Shown: positions 15,386 through 28,319 of the stretch, piece by piece
How the letters are laid out: each line of letters begins with the position of its first letter
How positions within the stretch are numbered: the stretch's first letter is position 1
The notes under the pieces: model-generated
The model's database searches: none
What the model was told of the DNA's origin: nothing
What the model saw: the letters and a program-made list of their open reading frames with translations, nothing else
Source: Epiperipatus broadwayi
Lineage: Eukaryota > Animalia > Onychophora
Length of the DNA stretch: 64,000 nt
Direction of reading: 5' to 3'
NCBI GenBank assembly: GCA_028023455.1
Contig: JAQFVV010000002.1
Coordinates: 23,746,001-23,810,000, forward strand
Translations under genes and position numbers: made by a program

Positions 15386-16254
15386 CACGAATCAAATTGT
15401 AATTTGTTGATTTTATTTTATATTTATTATTATCATTTAAATTGTATATGTTAATAAAAAATAATATTTATAAAAGACGATTTTGTTTTGTTTTTATTTT
15501 CACATTACAAAAAAGCACAAAAAAATTATTATAATCAACGGCCTGGGAATGGTCATATTTTATAGTTTTAGCGTGAAAACGGCACCATCCAATGGCATCT
15601 TTATCTAAAAGACAAGCACCAATTATTCATAGGTTAGTATGCTTTTTTATTAATGATTCTCTTACTAAAATGTTTATTCATTATCAATTTTTCAACTTTA
15701 AACCTTTTTTTAAAATCAAACATTTAATATTTACTGTATACTCTGAATTTAGGAGAACAAGTTAATTTTTTTGTCATAGGAAATCATTTTAATTGCTTAT
15801 TTTTTTTATACAAATTTCTTGATTTATGAGATATTTTTGGAAACTAATTGCTATCATTAAATGGGATAAAGCTAAATTTAAAAAAATATAATGATAATTA
15901 CGGATTTTTTTTTTTTTTTTTTTTAAAATATTTGGAATATTAAATTGAAATAATTTAAAATGATATACAAAACATACTGTATTGTTCAAATCATACCAAA
16001 GACAAACTATTATACTCTAATAACTGAAAATACATAAAAGTTAGAACTAATAGTAATCAATACAGAATCTTCTCTGTAATATCCCTACATTTTCAGTTAC
16101 TAATGGCAATGATGAATAACCCCATAAGTCAACCTAGTGTGACTATACATAACATATAGAAACCACTAGTCAATTTTGCTCTTAAGGAAAAGATGGAGAA
16201 TTTAGAAGAAACCTTATAAATAAGTATATGAAATTTCTAATGACTGTTGCCTTT

Positions 16255-16340
16255 GGCAGGATGGCTCAGTTGGTTAAAGCATTACCTTAAAATTCAATAT
16301 TCAAGAATCTAAGATTCCAGGTTTGGTTGCCATGCTCGGT
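16255..16340 (+). mobile_element. tRNA-derived SINE head (decayed)
   Basis: GGCAGGATGGCTCAGTTGGTTAAAGC is a tRNA 5' half with a Pol III A box. The B box is degenerate and there is no intact cloverleaf. Confidence 0.5.
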
Positions 16341-17485
16341 CCAACAACACCCGATGAAAGGAAAATAACACCTCTTGAAACATTGTGCATACACCAACAG
16401 TTGAAGGTACTTTGAAAATTTAAATACAATTAAATTTTTCTAAAAACATCCAATACTTTATATTAGATAATGGAAATAGTCCAATATATAAATACAACTA
16501 AAATACTATCATCATAAATCTTCAGAAAAAGACTAATGTAATATATATTTACAAGTGATGAATTATGGGGGGAAAGTCACATGACAGATTGCACATACAA
16601 GCCCACTAAAATATCTTAGTATCACTTAATGTATTTCCTTAACTCAATTCATTAATAATTACAACTACCACTTATAATTAAATTAATCATCATATTCTTT
16701 CTTTCATTCTCTTCCTTTTTTTACAAAAACATCTTCAGTCACTTTGATTACTAAAAGTTAACAATTATTGTGGCAATGAACTATATGTATGTGCAATTAA
16801 TTTTCATTCTCTAATCACATGCACAGCAATTTTGCTTTGACAATATACTTTTTTTGTTTTTTTTCATAACTTTTTTATTCTTTGCCTTCTTTATTTTTTC
16901 TTCTGATAATAAAATAATTACACTTGTTTACAAGTGGCCGCCAAAGATAAATATTTATACTTAACATAAAATAAGCAGTTGGTGTGTTAAAAATGATGTA
17001 TTATTTTTACAAAATTTCTGCCTGTTCATAGAAATTGCAACATTATTAATTAACTGTCAAAAAAAAAAAAAGGCCTCTCATATCAAATCAGACTACATTA
17101 TCCAAATTTTTATTTTAATTACTATCCACTTTAAATGCTCAAAAACAGTCTCTAAGATAACCTACCAACTTTTTTCTCCTCATCTCTTTTTCTTATCCAT
17201 TCTACAAATGCAGTTTTCATATTTTTTGCTTTAAACTAAATGCAAAGTTCCTGTTTCATCTCATAATTTCCTTAGTACATGTCCTTTTTCTCTTACTATT
17301 TTTAATTCTTCAGTATTGTTTATTTTATCTTTCCAATTTAAATTCTTTTATCTTTCTTGAAATCACATTTCTAATGTTTAAAATCTCTTCTACTCTTTTA
17401 AGCCTGTCCATTAAAGTAGGAGGATTTGCTATCTTAATATATATTGGAGCACTTGTAGCATATATGTGTAGAGATGGTAATCTGG

Positions 17486-17529
17486 ACCAACTGATGATTG
17501 CTGGTTTAGCATGAAATACGTATATTGAT
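17486..17529 (+). ncRNA. Type I hammerhead ribozyme (family 3, copy 1)
   Basis: ACCAA-CTGATGA-T-TGCT-GGTTT-AGCA-T-GAAA-TACGTA-TA-TTGAT. One G>A change in stem I. Predicted cut after A17524. Confidence 0.8.
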
Positions 17530-17981
17530 GATCATTTATCTTTTCGACATATGTGTGTTCAGGTGTATCAGTGTTATGAGATAGTGTGGAGAGGTGTATC
17601 AGTGTTATGAGATAGTGTGGAGAGTGGTGGGTCATGTGAAAGTCTGTGCTCATACCCTGTCTATTACATATGTAGACACAGGTATATATAAGCCTGTGTA
17701 TTTCATCTATTACATATTAGAGATGTCTGCCTATCCCTTGTATATGTATTTAATGGATTATGTCCTGTACATGAGGGGTCAGATTGACCTTTGGGTCAAC
17801 ATGGGTGTGACAACAATCTCAGCCTGAGGGTGGGCTTTGAGCGTTCTATCATCAGATTTTCAATTGGATGGACAGTTGAAGAGTTGAGTACATTGAAGCC
17901 TGTCCATTAAAGTAGGAGGATTTGCTATCTTAATAGATATCCGAGCACTTGTAGCATATATGTGTAGAGATGGTAATCTGG

Positions 17982-18025
17982 ACCAACTGATGATTGCTGG
18001 TTTAGCATGAAATACGTATATTGGT
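17982..18025 (+). ncRNA. Type I hammerhead ribozyme (family 3, copy 2, intact)
   Basis: ACCAA-CTGATGA-T-TGCT-GGTTT-AGCA-T-GAAA-TACGTA-TA-TTGGT. Stem III is the palindrome ATACGTAT. Stem I is extended by TAATC/GATTA across a TGG bulge. Predicted cut after A18020. Confidence 0.88.
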
Positions 18026-18579
18026 GATTATTTATCTTTTCGACATATGTGTGTTCAGGTGTATCAGTGTTATGAGATAGTGTGGAGAGTGGTGGGTCAT
18101 GTGAAAGTCTGTGCTCATATCCTGTCTATTACATATATAGACACAGGCATATATAAGCCTGTGTATTTCATCTATTAATATAAATACTGTACTTCAAACA
18201 AAACATTTAGTAAGCTTTTCTAATTTTTAAGAGCCACATAATTTTATCTTCTTACTAAAAATATGTTTAACCATTGCTATCTTCTAATTATCAGATTATT
18301 AAAATTTAATTTACAAATACTAAAATTTCTGTACCTATAATTTTGTTACCAATCACTTCAGATAAATAGCTTAACTGATTATTTATAATATCTTGAATTC
18401 ATATATAAATTTTAAAACTTAGTTAAAGATTTTATATTATGTATAAGCATATGAATAATAAAACTTCATTTCTCTTTTTCCACATATATCTTTTAAAATG
18501 CGCTATATACTCAAACCTTCACTTCACTTTACACACTTGAAGTATATAAATAAAGACATCTGGAGGAAAAAAAAGAACT

Positions 18580-18621
18580 TCAAGATGTACACTTTGTGCT
18601 ACACCGGCAGTCATCAGTTGA
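18580..18621 (-). ncRNA. Decayed hammerhead motif
   Basis: Minus strand: TCAA-CTGATGA-C-TGC-CGGTGTA-GCA-C-AAAG-TGTACA-TC-TTGA. GAAA has become AAAG; stems I and II and the palindromic stem III are retained. Confidence 0.55.
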
Positions 18622-20689
18622 CTTAGGTCTCAACTTCTTATATATATTTTAATCATTTGTTTAGTATTTATATATAATTAAAACATATATATATTAATCT
18701 TAAACTAAGAATTGGAAGTGTATATCTCTTGTAAAAAGAATCTCTAATTTAATAAATAATTACTAATAACTATTAATATATTTATCTGAAGTGGCTGTTG
18801 GCAAAATTGAATTGATAAATATTTGAATAAATGATATCATATATAGGAGCTTGAGATTTGGGTCAATTAATGAATACTCGTTCAGCAAAAAAAATACATC
18901 TTAAGACTCATTTATCTTTTCCAGATGTTTTTAATTACATTTCAAGAATGTGTAGTATTGTGGAGACTTGAGGTATATTGAAAAAAAAAAGTTTTATCAA
19001 TTTATACAAACTGTCCAAATATTTAACTTGTTTATAACTTTCTGCTATGTTTATTTGAAGCAATAAAAAAAAAAAAAAATGCTTCAAGAACTCTTAAAAA
19101 TAGGTTCCAATACTTTTTACATCCTTAAATCTATGATATCTCTTCAAAAAAATCAAGTAGGACAAAATTATTCCGATTGTTTCATTTTATAAGTTGTTTA
19201 AAATTTTGACTTGCTATCAAATCTTTCCTAGTTCAAAGTGAAAACGTAAATATAGAAGATTGAAATCTTAGATAACTATTTTCATAAATCACGAGTGGAA
19301 ACTAAAAGCAAATCCTATATTTGTAAATATTATCACATTTTTATATATTCTATCTACTTGTAAATATAAACACATTTTTGTAGTGACTATTTAGATGAAA
19401 GTCAGTAAAATACATTTCACATATCTTTTTATAATAAAAATATTGTACTTTTTATTTATACGAACACAAATAATTCTATTACAACTATCGACTACTAATT
19501 TGGGGAAAAATATAAAGAAATAAAAACAAAAACAAACCGATATTTTGTTTTGTAAATATTTCTCAAATACTTACTGCAAATATAAGAAGTTCATTTTTAA
19601 TTTTTTTTGAAAAAGGGGGAGGGAGAAACATTTTAAAATTAAATTTTACGATCTATTTTTAAAGTTCCAAATTGCACAACTCTACAAATGATGCTTCACC
19701 TTCTGTTAATTTCATTCTATTCTTTTTTTTTTTTTTATCTAGCTAAAATACAACCGGAAGAAAGGGAAAACATTCAAAAGAGTTCCACATTCTAAACATA
19801 CTTATTCAGGCTCACATTAAATCTTTAGAATTTTTTTTTTTTAACCTTTAAAATGTTAAAAATACTTGAGAATTCATAAAACTGCCAAGCAATCTGTAAC
19901 AAAAACTATTGTAAAAATAAGGCCAATAAAATTCGGTCATCTAGAATTACATCAAAAACAAAAATCAGCTCAAAATATAACAGAGAAGATTAAGAGGGAT
20001 AGGTATTTGACAGTAGATATAATTAATTTCCAAGTTCATAAAAATAAAGGTAATTCAGAAAAATCCTACAGCTATGAATTTCTTTATTATACACTCAATT
20101 ATATCTATTTGATTGAGGGTCTGTGTTAATAAAAAAACAAAACAATGAAAAATTAAAAACAGAACCATTAGTTTATACTACTGAAAACAATTAGGCAGTG
20201 AGATACTAAATAAATTGTTGTATTTACAATTCTATTTTCCCTCAAGTTTTTAAATCGTCGAAAATCTTAGATTATTATTAGCATATGACAGAATCATTTT
20301 CCAATGGCAACAATAAAATCTCATTTTAATTTCAAACACTTTGGAATCTTATAAACATGTCAAGATACATTTTCAAGAATTTTGACCAATCGCAAACTTT
20401 AAATCAAGTTAGCAAGGAAATTATAAGGATTATGCATAGTCGGGTTATACAATTTTTTTTACCTTATTTAATTATCTGTCTAATAACCATATAATTCAAT
20501 AATTAAAAAGCTTCAAACAATTAAAAGTCTCATTTTCCTCTTTTCTTTATAAAAACTTTATTTCTTGTATATATATCCACTTGTTCCAACGTTTAAACTA
20601 TTTTTACTTTATAGTCATTTTCAAGGATTTTCTTTACAATAAAATTTGGATTTTTTCTTTTTTAGAATTCATGAAAAAGAATTAACATA

Positions 20690-20975
20690 GATTTATTTCC
20701 GATTCCAGCATAGATACAGACTTTTCAGTAGCCGATCCATGTAACCCAGAGAGCTCACTTTCTGGCAGTTCATATGATGAGTAATGACCTAGTTACTTTT
20801 CAGAAGATAATGAAGCTGCGATTTTTAAAAGAAAAAGACCAATGAAGAACGCACCTGTACCTATGAATGCAGCTGCCATTTCTATGCTAGGATCATTGAC
20901 ATGACTGGACACATTTAAAACCAAAAATGTTAATGAACTATTGGCAATTGCATAAAATCTCCAAGACTAAAGTTA
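20690..20975 (+). pseudogene. Decayed ORF fragment (acidic stretch then KRKR), probably of transposon origin
   Basis: ISDSSIDTDFSVADPCNPESSLSGSSYDE**PSYFSEDNEAAIFKRKRPMKNAPVPM... with several TAA/TGA stops compatible with C>T decay. Family not recognised. Confidence 0.3.
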
Positions 20976-21426
20976 TTAACCTTTTTTATTTATTTATTTT
21001 TTTGTTTTATAAAAAATTATGAAAAATCCTTTCAAAAGTAACGAGTATGCTATAAAAAAAAAAAAAAGTTAGCGGTTGATTAAATGTCATCACATGAAAT
21101 TTCTAGACTTTCTGGACTCCTAGAATTTTATAAATTGAACAGGTGTCCATGTAGTATTTTTGTACATGTACCTGTATTTTGCAAAAAAAAAAAATTGTAC
21201 TGATTTTGCTTGCATAATGGAAGTATTAATGCCTTCTGTTTTATGTTAACAGTATCTCATACTGGTATGTTTTGTGAGCAGCAATATCTCATGCTGTTGT
21301 AGTTTAAACATAAGCAATTTTATTTCTCTATTTTTTGTCATGTATAATTATTTTTTTCCTATTTTTTTTTTTACAAATACAATATTTTTTATAAGTAATG
21401 TTTAAAAAACTCAAATTTCATTATAA

Positions 21427-21712
21427 GTTGAAGAGGATTGAAGCCTGTCCATTAAAGTATGAAGATTGGCTATCTTAATATATATCTGAACACTTATTGC
21501 AAATATATGTAGAGATGATAATCTGGACAAACTGATGATTTCTGGTTTAACATGAAATACATATATTGGTGATTATTTATCTTTTTGACATATATATGTT
21601 CCAGTGTATCAGTTTTGAGATAGAGTGGAGAGTGATGGGTCGTGTGAAAGTCTGTGCTCATATACCCTATGTATTACGTATATTGATACAGATATATAAG
21701 CCTGTATTTCAG
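21427..21712 (+). mobile_element. Family-3 element, older solo partial copy with decayed hammerhead (21527-21570)
   Basis: TTGAAGCCTGTCCATTAAAGTA..CTGATGATTTCTGGTTTAACATGAAATACATATATTGGTG..GTGAAAGTCTGTGCTCATA..ATATAAGCCTGTATTTCA. It ends at the same 3' point as the 17.4-18.2 kb copy. Confidence 0.85.
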
Positions 21713-22149
21713 TTATTATAACTAATCCTAATTTTCCTAAATCAAAGCATCTACCTAATAAGCTATAGGCATTTCCACAAATTAAAAGGGCAGGTAATAA
21801 AGAACATCAGTATTGTGATTATTCTCATTAATATTTTATATTGCATTAAATCAATTTGTTTTTTTATAAATTACAACTTATTGAAGTTTTCTTTGCATTA
21901 TATTTGATTTATAATAATTATTGTTAAATATTAATTTTATTTATTAGAAAGAAACATATTTCTAGCAAATGTCTGCATATACAGAATTGCTAGTATAAAA
22001 ATGAAAGTTACCAGGATTTTGTTTTTAATATTTTAGAGTAAAGAATTATCTTAACTAAGTCATATTATATATCATTTTATACAGAATTTCAAGAGGAATG
22101 TAATGAATCTGTCTATAAAAATGTAAATTTAAAATTTAGCTCTCAAAAT

Positions 22150-23700
22150 TATTGTACAAATTGTATCTCAGTATAATTTCTTTAGAAAGTCAATATAAGA
22201 ACCACAGGATACCATCAGGCAATAATAGTTTAAAATTGAAAACAAAAATACAAATGATCTTACTTAAAATACAAATAAAAGCCAACATTTTTTTAAAATT
22301 GAAATATTATCTTTTTGAATATAATATAAAATGGATAAACTGATATATATATAATATAAAGTTACATAAAAAAGATAATCCATTACAAATTATGATAGAT
22401 TTTGGTGTTTCATTCATGTATCAGACTTTTAAATATATTGGTAAGCTTTTACAAGAGTTTTTAGGATTTGGGGAAAATACTATTGCTTCATCATTTGACT
22501 TTGTAAATAGTATGAAAAATGTAGTGATTAATGAGAATGATGTTATTGCCTCATTAGAAGTAACAGAAATGTATAGTTCTATTGATATAATGGATTCCAT
22601 AAAAAAATTGAACATACATTAAAAAATAAAAGTGTCATTAAAAAATAAAAGTGTTTGTAAATATATAGCTTATTGTTGATTCTTTAAAATATTTTGCTTC
22701 TTTTGCACAGGTTTGCAATTTTGTTTTGTCTACATATGAGAGTGGTATTTTAAATATGTGCTCTTTTAAAGATATCAAAATTTACAAAAGCTATGTGGAT
22801 GATGTTTTTGTTTGTGGAAATACTAATACTATAAATTTGCTTGTAGAGGAATTAAATAATTTGAATGGCTTGAAATGGACTATTGAAAAAGAACAGGACA
22901 AAAGTATTAACTATTTGGATTTAATTATTATAGGAGATAACAGTATATTAAATTATAAACTAATAATCAAGCCGTTGCAAAAAAAAAAAGGGGGATATAT
23001 ATAAATTGTAAATCAAAAGTACCAATTATGCATAAGATGGCAAGTTTAAGATCTTTTTTGTTTCATAATAAAAAATTATGTCATTACCAAAAGAGATAAA
23101 CTGAAAAATATTGAGATATTTGCCAAGGAATTGCTTGTTGTTGGTTATAAAATGAAACAAATAAACAATACTTTATGTTAATTTAAAAAGAGTTATAATG
23201 ATTTAAAGAAAATGAAGACTGATAGTAAACAATGGATATCTATTCTATTTATTTCAAACCCATAAGTGAAATTTTTTAAGGATATATATAAGAACATGTT
23301 TAATGTTTCATTCTATGTTCCAAATAATGTAAATAAATTAGTGAATAATTCTAAGGATGTCATACCTGTCAAGCAGAAAAGTAATGTTGTATATCAAATT
23401 TTTTGGGAGTGTATGTTATCATATATAGGTGAATCGAGGTGCAGTATTAAAAAGAGATTAAAGGAGCATGAATTGTTATATAAGCATGTATAAAGTAAAA
23501 ATAATGGTGATTTAATGACTGCTTCAGTTTTCTTTGATCATGAAAAAACATGTAAATATAAATTTAAATTTAATATTGAAAGTGTGAAAATTTCTAATGA
23601 AAAGAGGAACCATAATAAAAAAAATTAAGGAGGCAATTTTTATAAATAGGAATAAAATGCATTTAATAAATAGACAAGCTGCTAACATTAAAACATGGGA
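22150..23700 (+). mobile_element. Penelope-like element, decayed RT plus GIY-YIG endonuclease ORF
   Basis: Fragments in order: KLHKKDNPLQIM (RT1), IASLEVTEMYSSID (RT3), YKSYVDDVFV (RT5), EKEQDKSINYLDL (RT6-7), SNVVYQIFWECMLSYIGESRCSIKKRLKEH (GIY-YIG), KIKEAIF. Many frameshifts and stops. Confidence 0.92.
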
Positions 23701-24489
23701 TTCATGGGATTTGAATTGATGATGTTTGCTTCTGCTTTTTTTTTTTTTTAATTTAATGGCAGTTGAGGTAGATTTAAGAAATTTACTGAAAGTACTTCTG
23801 CAGATTGAAAGACTGATTATAATAGTTTATTACCATTATATTTATTATTTTTATTATGATTATATATATATATTCATTCAATAATGTTAATGTTATAAGA
23901 GTATAGTTTTTGATGAAAAGGATAATATTATATAACATGATAGCAATCAAATGCTATATCTGAAGAACATTTAATACCATAATCTTTTACATTTTAATTA
24001 AGTACTAAACATATTTTTAATATACATATGCAATTTCATTAATTTGCTATTATGGTTCTAAGTTTTTCCAAATCAATGATTTTGATGAATTGATTATATA
24101 AGCAATAATAATTCAGCAATACATCTCTACAAGCCTAAAATTTAAGTAAATATCAATCATTCAATCTCATACTTATTAGCAAATAATGCTCTTTTCAGTG
24201 TCAAATCACCCTTTTGATCTAATTTATTAGTATATTTATTGAGGAAAATGTATTTTTTACCATATTTATACTATACATCTTCAAAAATAAAAAAATAATT
24301 TTTTTAACAAAAGCTATTTCAGTACTATTTATTTATAATTAAACAAATATATATTAAGTGACTTTTATCTCAAATCAAGTTTTCAATACTTAAGAAACCA
24401 AAATTTAGAATAATATATATAAATAATTTAGTGTTAAACTAAATAAACATTAATGCCTTGAATTTTTAAGAAAAGTATTTGCCTGCATC

Positions 24490-25970
24490 AAAATATGGGA
24501 GGGGGGGGGCTGAACTGAAAAGTACTTCACATATTTCAACAAACCTATTGATAATTTTTTTTTTTTTATCAAACCTGAATATCAGTTTTGTTTAGTTACA
24601 ATTTCTATCTATTGACTAAAACTAACATAAAAGTTTGGAAGTATTACAAAGACACATGAGCAATAAATGTAAAATTCAGCTGCTTATATAATGGGACTTG
24701 AAACTGAAACCAGAGATACACTTTGTTAAATCCCACAAGGGTTGAAGAATAGGTCAAATAATGTAATAATTATCAATTTTGGTGTATATATATATATATT
24801 CAAATTTTATTCTGATCTTTGTGCATCTTTTCATCTTAGTTCAATCATATCACAACAATCAATTAGCCCAGAAGTAAAATCAATCTCTCCTTCTGGATAC
24901 ATTTTTGAAACATCCAGTTCATTTTTTATTTTCAAGTGACTATGACATACATAACTCATATTGTAATTTTAACTTCATATACTTCTTTTTTAAAGGTATA
25001 CTTTTAACTTCATATATATATTTCAAATTTCAATTTTATCACAATTTTCTGAAACGTAAGACCAAAGATATATAAAAAAAATTAATGATCTCCAAAATAG
25101 GCATTGACCGGAGATTACAATTTCTTATACATATTTTCATCGTTTATTTGGGATTTTATAGATTGCAATTTATTACAGTTTGATTCCAAGTGCCAAACAT
25201 TCTGAACTCACAACCTTGCACAAGTCATTTTAGAGAATTATATTAATGACTATTACTGATCATTAATTAAACTAGAGGTTATATCTAAACCAAATATACC
25301 ATTTAATTGTCATTTAATTAATGTGTGTAGTGTAACAGAGGCATCAATATCTGAATTTCCTTGCCATGCTCAGTTTTGATAACGTTCACTACACAACTAT
25401 CACACAAAGCAGATTGGATTTCATCCCATTTTAATACCTTGTAAAGGAGTGTACCATTCTTTGCATTGTAATATATTCTCAAATTTTATTTTAGTATATC
25501 TTTCATCGTAGCTCAATCATATCACAACTATCCATCAGCCCAGAAGTCAGATTAATCCCTCATTCTGGATGCATTTTTGAAACACCCAGTTCACTTATAT
25601 ATATAGGTTCAAAATTTACATTAATAAATATAAATAATTTTAAAATAAGTAGTTAATAAACATTAAATGTCTTGAAATAAAAAAAGGACTTACTTGCTTA
25701 TATCAAAATGTGAGGGGGGGGGGCAAAACTGAATGGAAAACTACTTCATATAATTCAATAAATCCTACAGATAATTTTTTTTTCCCAAACTTACATATCA
25801 GTTTCTTTAACTACACTTTCTATCTATTCGCTAAAACTAACATTGAAGTTTGCAAGTATTACAAAGACACCTTAGGCAAACTGCAATAAAAATAAAAATC
25901 AGCTGCTGATATAATGGAAACTAAAATTGAAATTGGAAATATACTATGCTTAAATCCCACGATGGTTAAA
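24490..25970 (-). mobile_element. Decayed PLE-type RT fragments with internal duplications
   Basis: Minus strand reads ELDVSKMYP.. and ..WYTPLQGIKMG*NP (the Y-x-Q-x-x-G-x-x-MG motif). Segment 24800-24920 recurs at 25480-25590, and 24498-24750 recurs at 25713-25970. Confidence 0.55.
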
Positions 25971-27359
25971 TATATTGAATAATTTATAAAATTATATTAA
26001 CTTAAGTTTTTTTTTTTTTTTTTGTAGCTTAATCTTATATTAACCCCTCCCCCTTTTTTTCTCTTTACGGGGGAGAGGTAATGCTAACTTATGTCTGCCT
26101 ATTTGAATAATGTCCCCATCCCCAAACCTGAAGTTGGGCTTTTTGGTAGAAAATCAAGAAATAAGTAAAAAAAAAAAAAGATGATAAGTTGAATGTTGGA
26201 TAAATTCTTTAAAAAATAAGACAGAAATATGGCGATCACATTAGGTAAGGTTATATATAGGTTGTTATATATATTAGAATGTATGTCATAATGTGTGAAT
26301 TAAAATATGTAATGCACATATTAAAATTTAAATAAAAATTTTAATCTATATATATCCTAAATCATGATAAAATAATAATCAGGTGGTATGAAAATTTAAA
26401 AACCATAACTTCACAATTTTATCTAAATGTTAGAAGATTTTATATATAGATATCCCCCCCCCCCCCGTGTACAATTTAGAGTTAAAAGTTCATAGGTTAC
26501 ACAGAAATCTGTTATTTTTGGTGCTCGAATATTATGACTATTAAATTATTTTTATTACAGGTAATAAGATTTATACCTGAGAATATATACAGATATTACA
26601 TCCTTCAGCTTTCATACTGTCACTTTCAAAAATTGTAAAATACGTAAACTAGAAGATAGAAAAACATTAAAAGATTTAGATTATTTCTGAAAAGTAGTTA
26701 TTAAGTATTAAATTTCTCAAAAGTATTTTAAATACGATCATAAAAACTGTAGAGAAGAGAGGTAAAACACGATAAGATTTTACAATTTTAACACGAATGC
26801 TTTCTATCTCACACTCACTCACACATACACATATAAATTTCCATTTCAAGAATATGATTGAAGCTAAATAAATAAAAAAAATTTTTTTTAAAAAAAATCA
26901 GTCTATATATAAATTTTAAAATAATTTTTTTTTTTTTTTTGAAATTAACATTTTGCGTAAAGACTAGATAAAAAAACAATAACAAAGAATTCACAAAATA
27001 TCATTGCAGTTATGTATATTGTTTAATCACAGAATCTATTATTAAAAGTTTTTGATAATGTATAAACCTTCTTTCCATTAATTGAAAAATCTTGCTAGTT
27101 TGTAATTTTATTTTAAACAAACATCTAAACAAGTACTTCACAACCTGGAATATGCATAACCCATAAAGGTATGTGCATTTAAAGGTGCATAAAAAGTTGA
27201 ATAATGGCACCCTCTTGCCATATGCATCAATTAATTAATGCAATATAGTTTTTTAATATAATCTGTGAAGTATCTACTTGAATTTATTGCATTTTTTGAG
27301 TTTTGAATATAAATATGTTATGCACCATCTATTCACTTTATTATTTCATTGAAATAATT

Positions 27360-27545
27360 AAGAGACTGAAGTGGAGTTGGGCTGGATATATTGCTTGAAA
27401 ATCTAATAGATGGATAGATGAACATGAGATGGTTGATGAAATAAGGAAGTATGCTGGTCTGATGTGAAGAAGAGAGGATTAAAAAACCAGAGAAGATGGA
27501 TTGAACTTGGAGAGACCTTTATTCTGCAGTGGACTGATAATGATT
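27360..27545 (+). mobile_element. RTE-clade LINE 3' end
   Basis: RLKWSWAGYIA..RW.DEIRKYAG..W..LGETFILQWTD* followed by a (TAATGAT)-like tail. Confidence 0.8.
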
Positions 27546-28319
27546 CAAAATAATGATGATATTAATTACAAATACTTTGCTAATATAAAGAGTACCATTT
27601 ATGGAAATGGCTATCAAATAGTACATTATCAAAAATGGTTTGGAACCTACAGTGCTAAATGATCAGACTGCAATTCCAAGATTAAAATAAATAATCAAAT
27701 GGCTTTACTATTCAAGAGCCGAGTGTGAAAATGCCAGAACCTGAATTGATCCAAAGATCTTATGCTCCAGAGTCTGATACGGTCTCACTGCATTAAACCA
27801 TATAGGCAAAAACAAAATTGATTTTCATAAGGCATTATAATAAAAATATTCTGTATGTTCAAATTTACAAAAATATTAATTTTTAATCAGTTTGTAATCA
27901 GCTATGACGTGCTGTTTATTCATATTACTAGCTCTACAATGTTATGCAGAAAACTCTCAAACCAAAGTACAAGATAGAGACTTTGAAAAGATAAGAATGG
28001 CCATCTTATCTTTGTACCTAAGTGCAATTATATAGGCCAATCTAAAGCATTTTGTAGTAAGAGTGTGAAGATCTTATCTTATTTGCTAGCAATAACACAT
28101 TATTTGTATAAAATTAGTTTTTTAGATCAATAAATAAATTTCAATGACAAAAAGAAGAAGATTAAATAAAAATATTTGAATAACAATGAGATACAAGTGC
28201 TTCTGTTCATATTACATTTGTTTTCAAAAATCTAAACATAATGAAAAAATAGCATCTTACACATGCTTATTAAATGCCTTCTTATAAATAATTCAGTTAT
28301 CTTTAAAGTGGCATTTTCA

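Larger units (their letters stand above)
14482..15620. mobile_element. Non-autonomous DNA transposon, probably Merlin superfamily (1139 bp)
   Basis: Imperfect ~65-bp TIRs beginning GGTAC/GGTGC (GGTACTCATCTTATAGCTAAAGATGCCATT vs GGTGCTTGTCTTTTAGATAAAGATGCCATT). Perfect 8-bp TSD AATTATTC at 14474-14481 and 15621-15628. GG termini with an 8-bp TSD fit Merlin; hAT is not excluded. Confidence 0.7.
17400..18177 (+). mobile_element. Family-3 retrozyme-like element: ~1.6 head-to-tail copies of a 496-nt unit (465 nt without an internal 31-nt duplication), one hammerhead per unit
   Basis: AAGCCTGTCCATTAAAGTAGGAGG starts at 17400 and 17896. A 31-nt duplication (17562/17593) is present only in the first unit. 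HHRs lie at the same position in each unit. No meaningful ORF. Confidence 0.9.

Noticed and set aside
20690-20975. Minus-strand hydrophobic frame SWRFYAIANSSLTFLVL... as a membrane-protein exon
   Set aside because: It is the antisense in-register frame of a decayed plus-strand ORF, has a weak acceptor and has no recognisable family.
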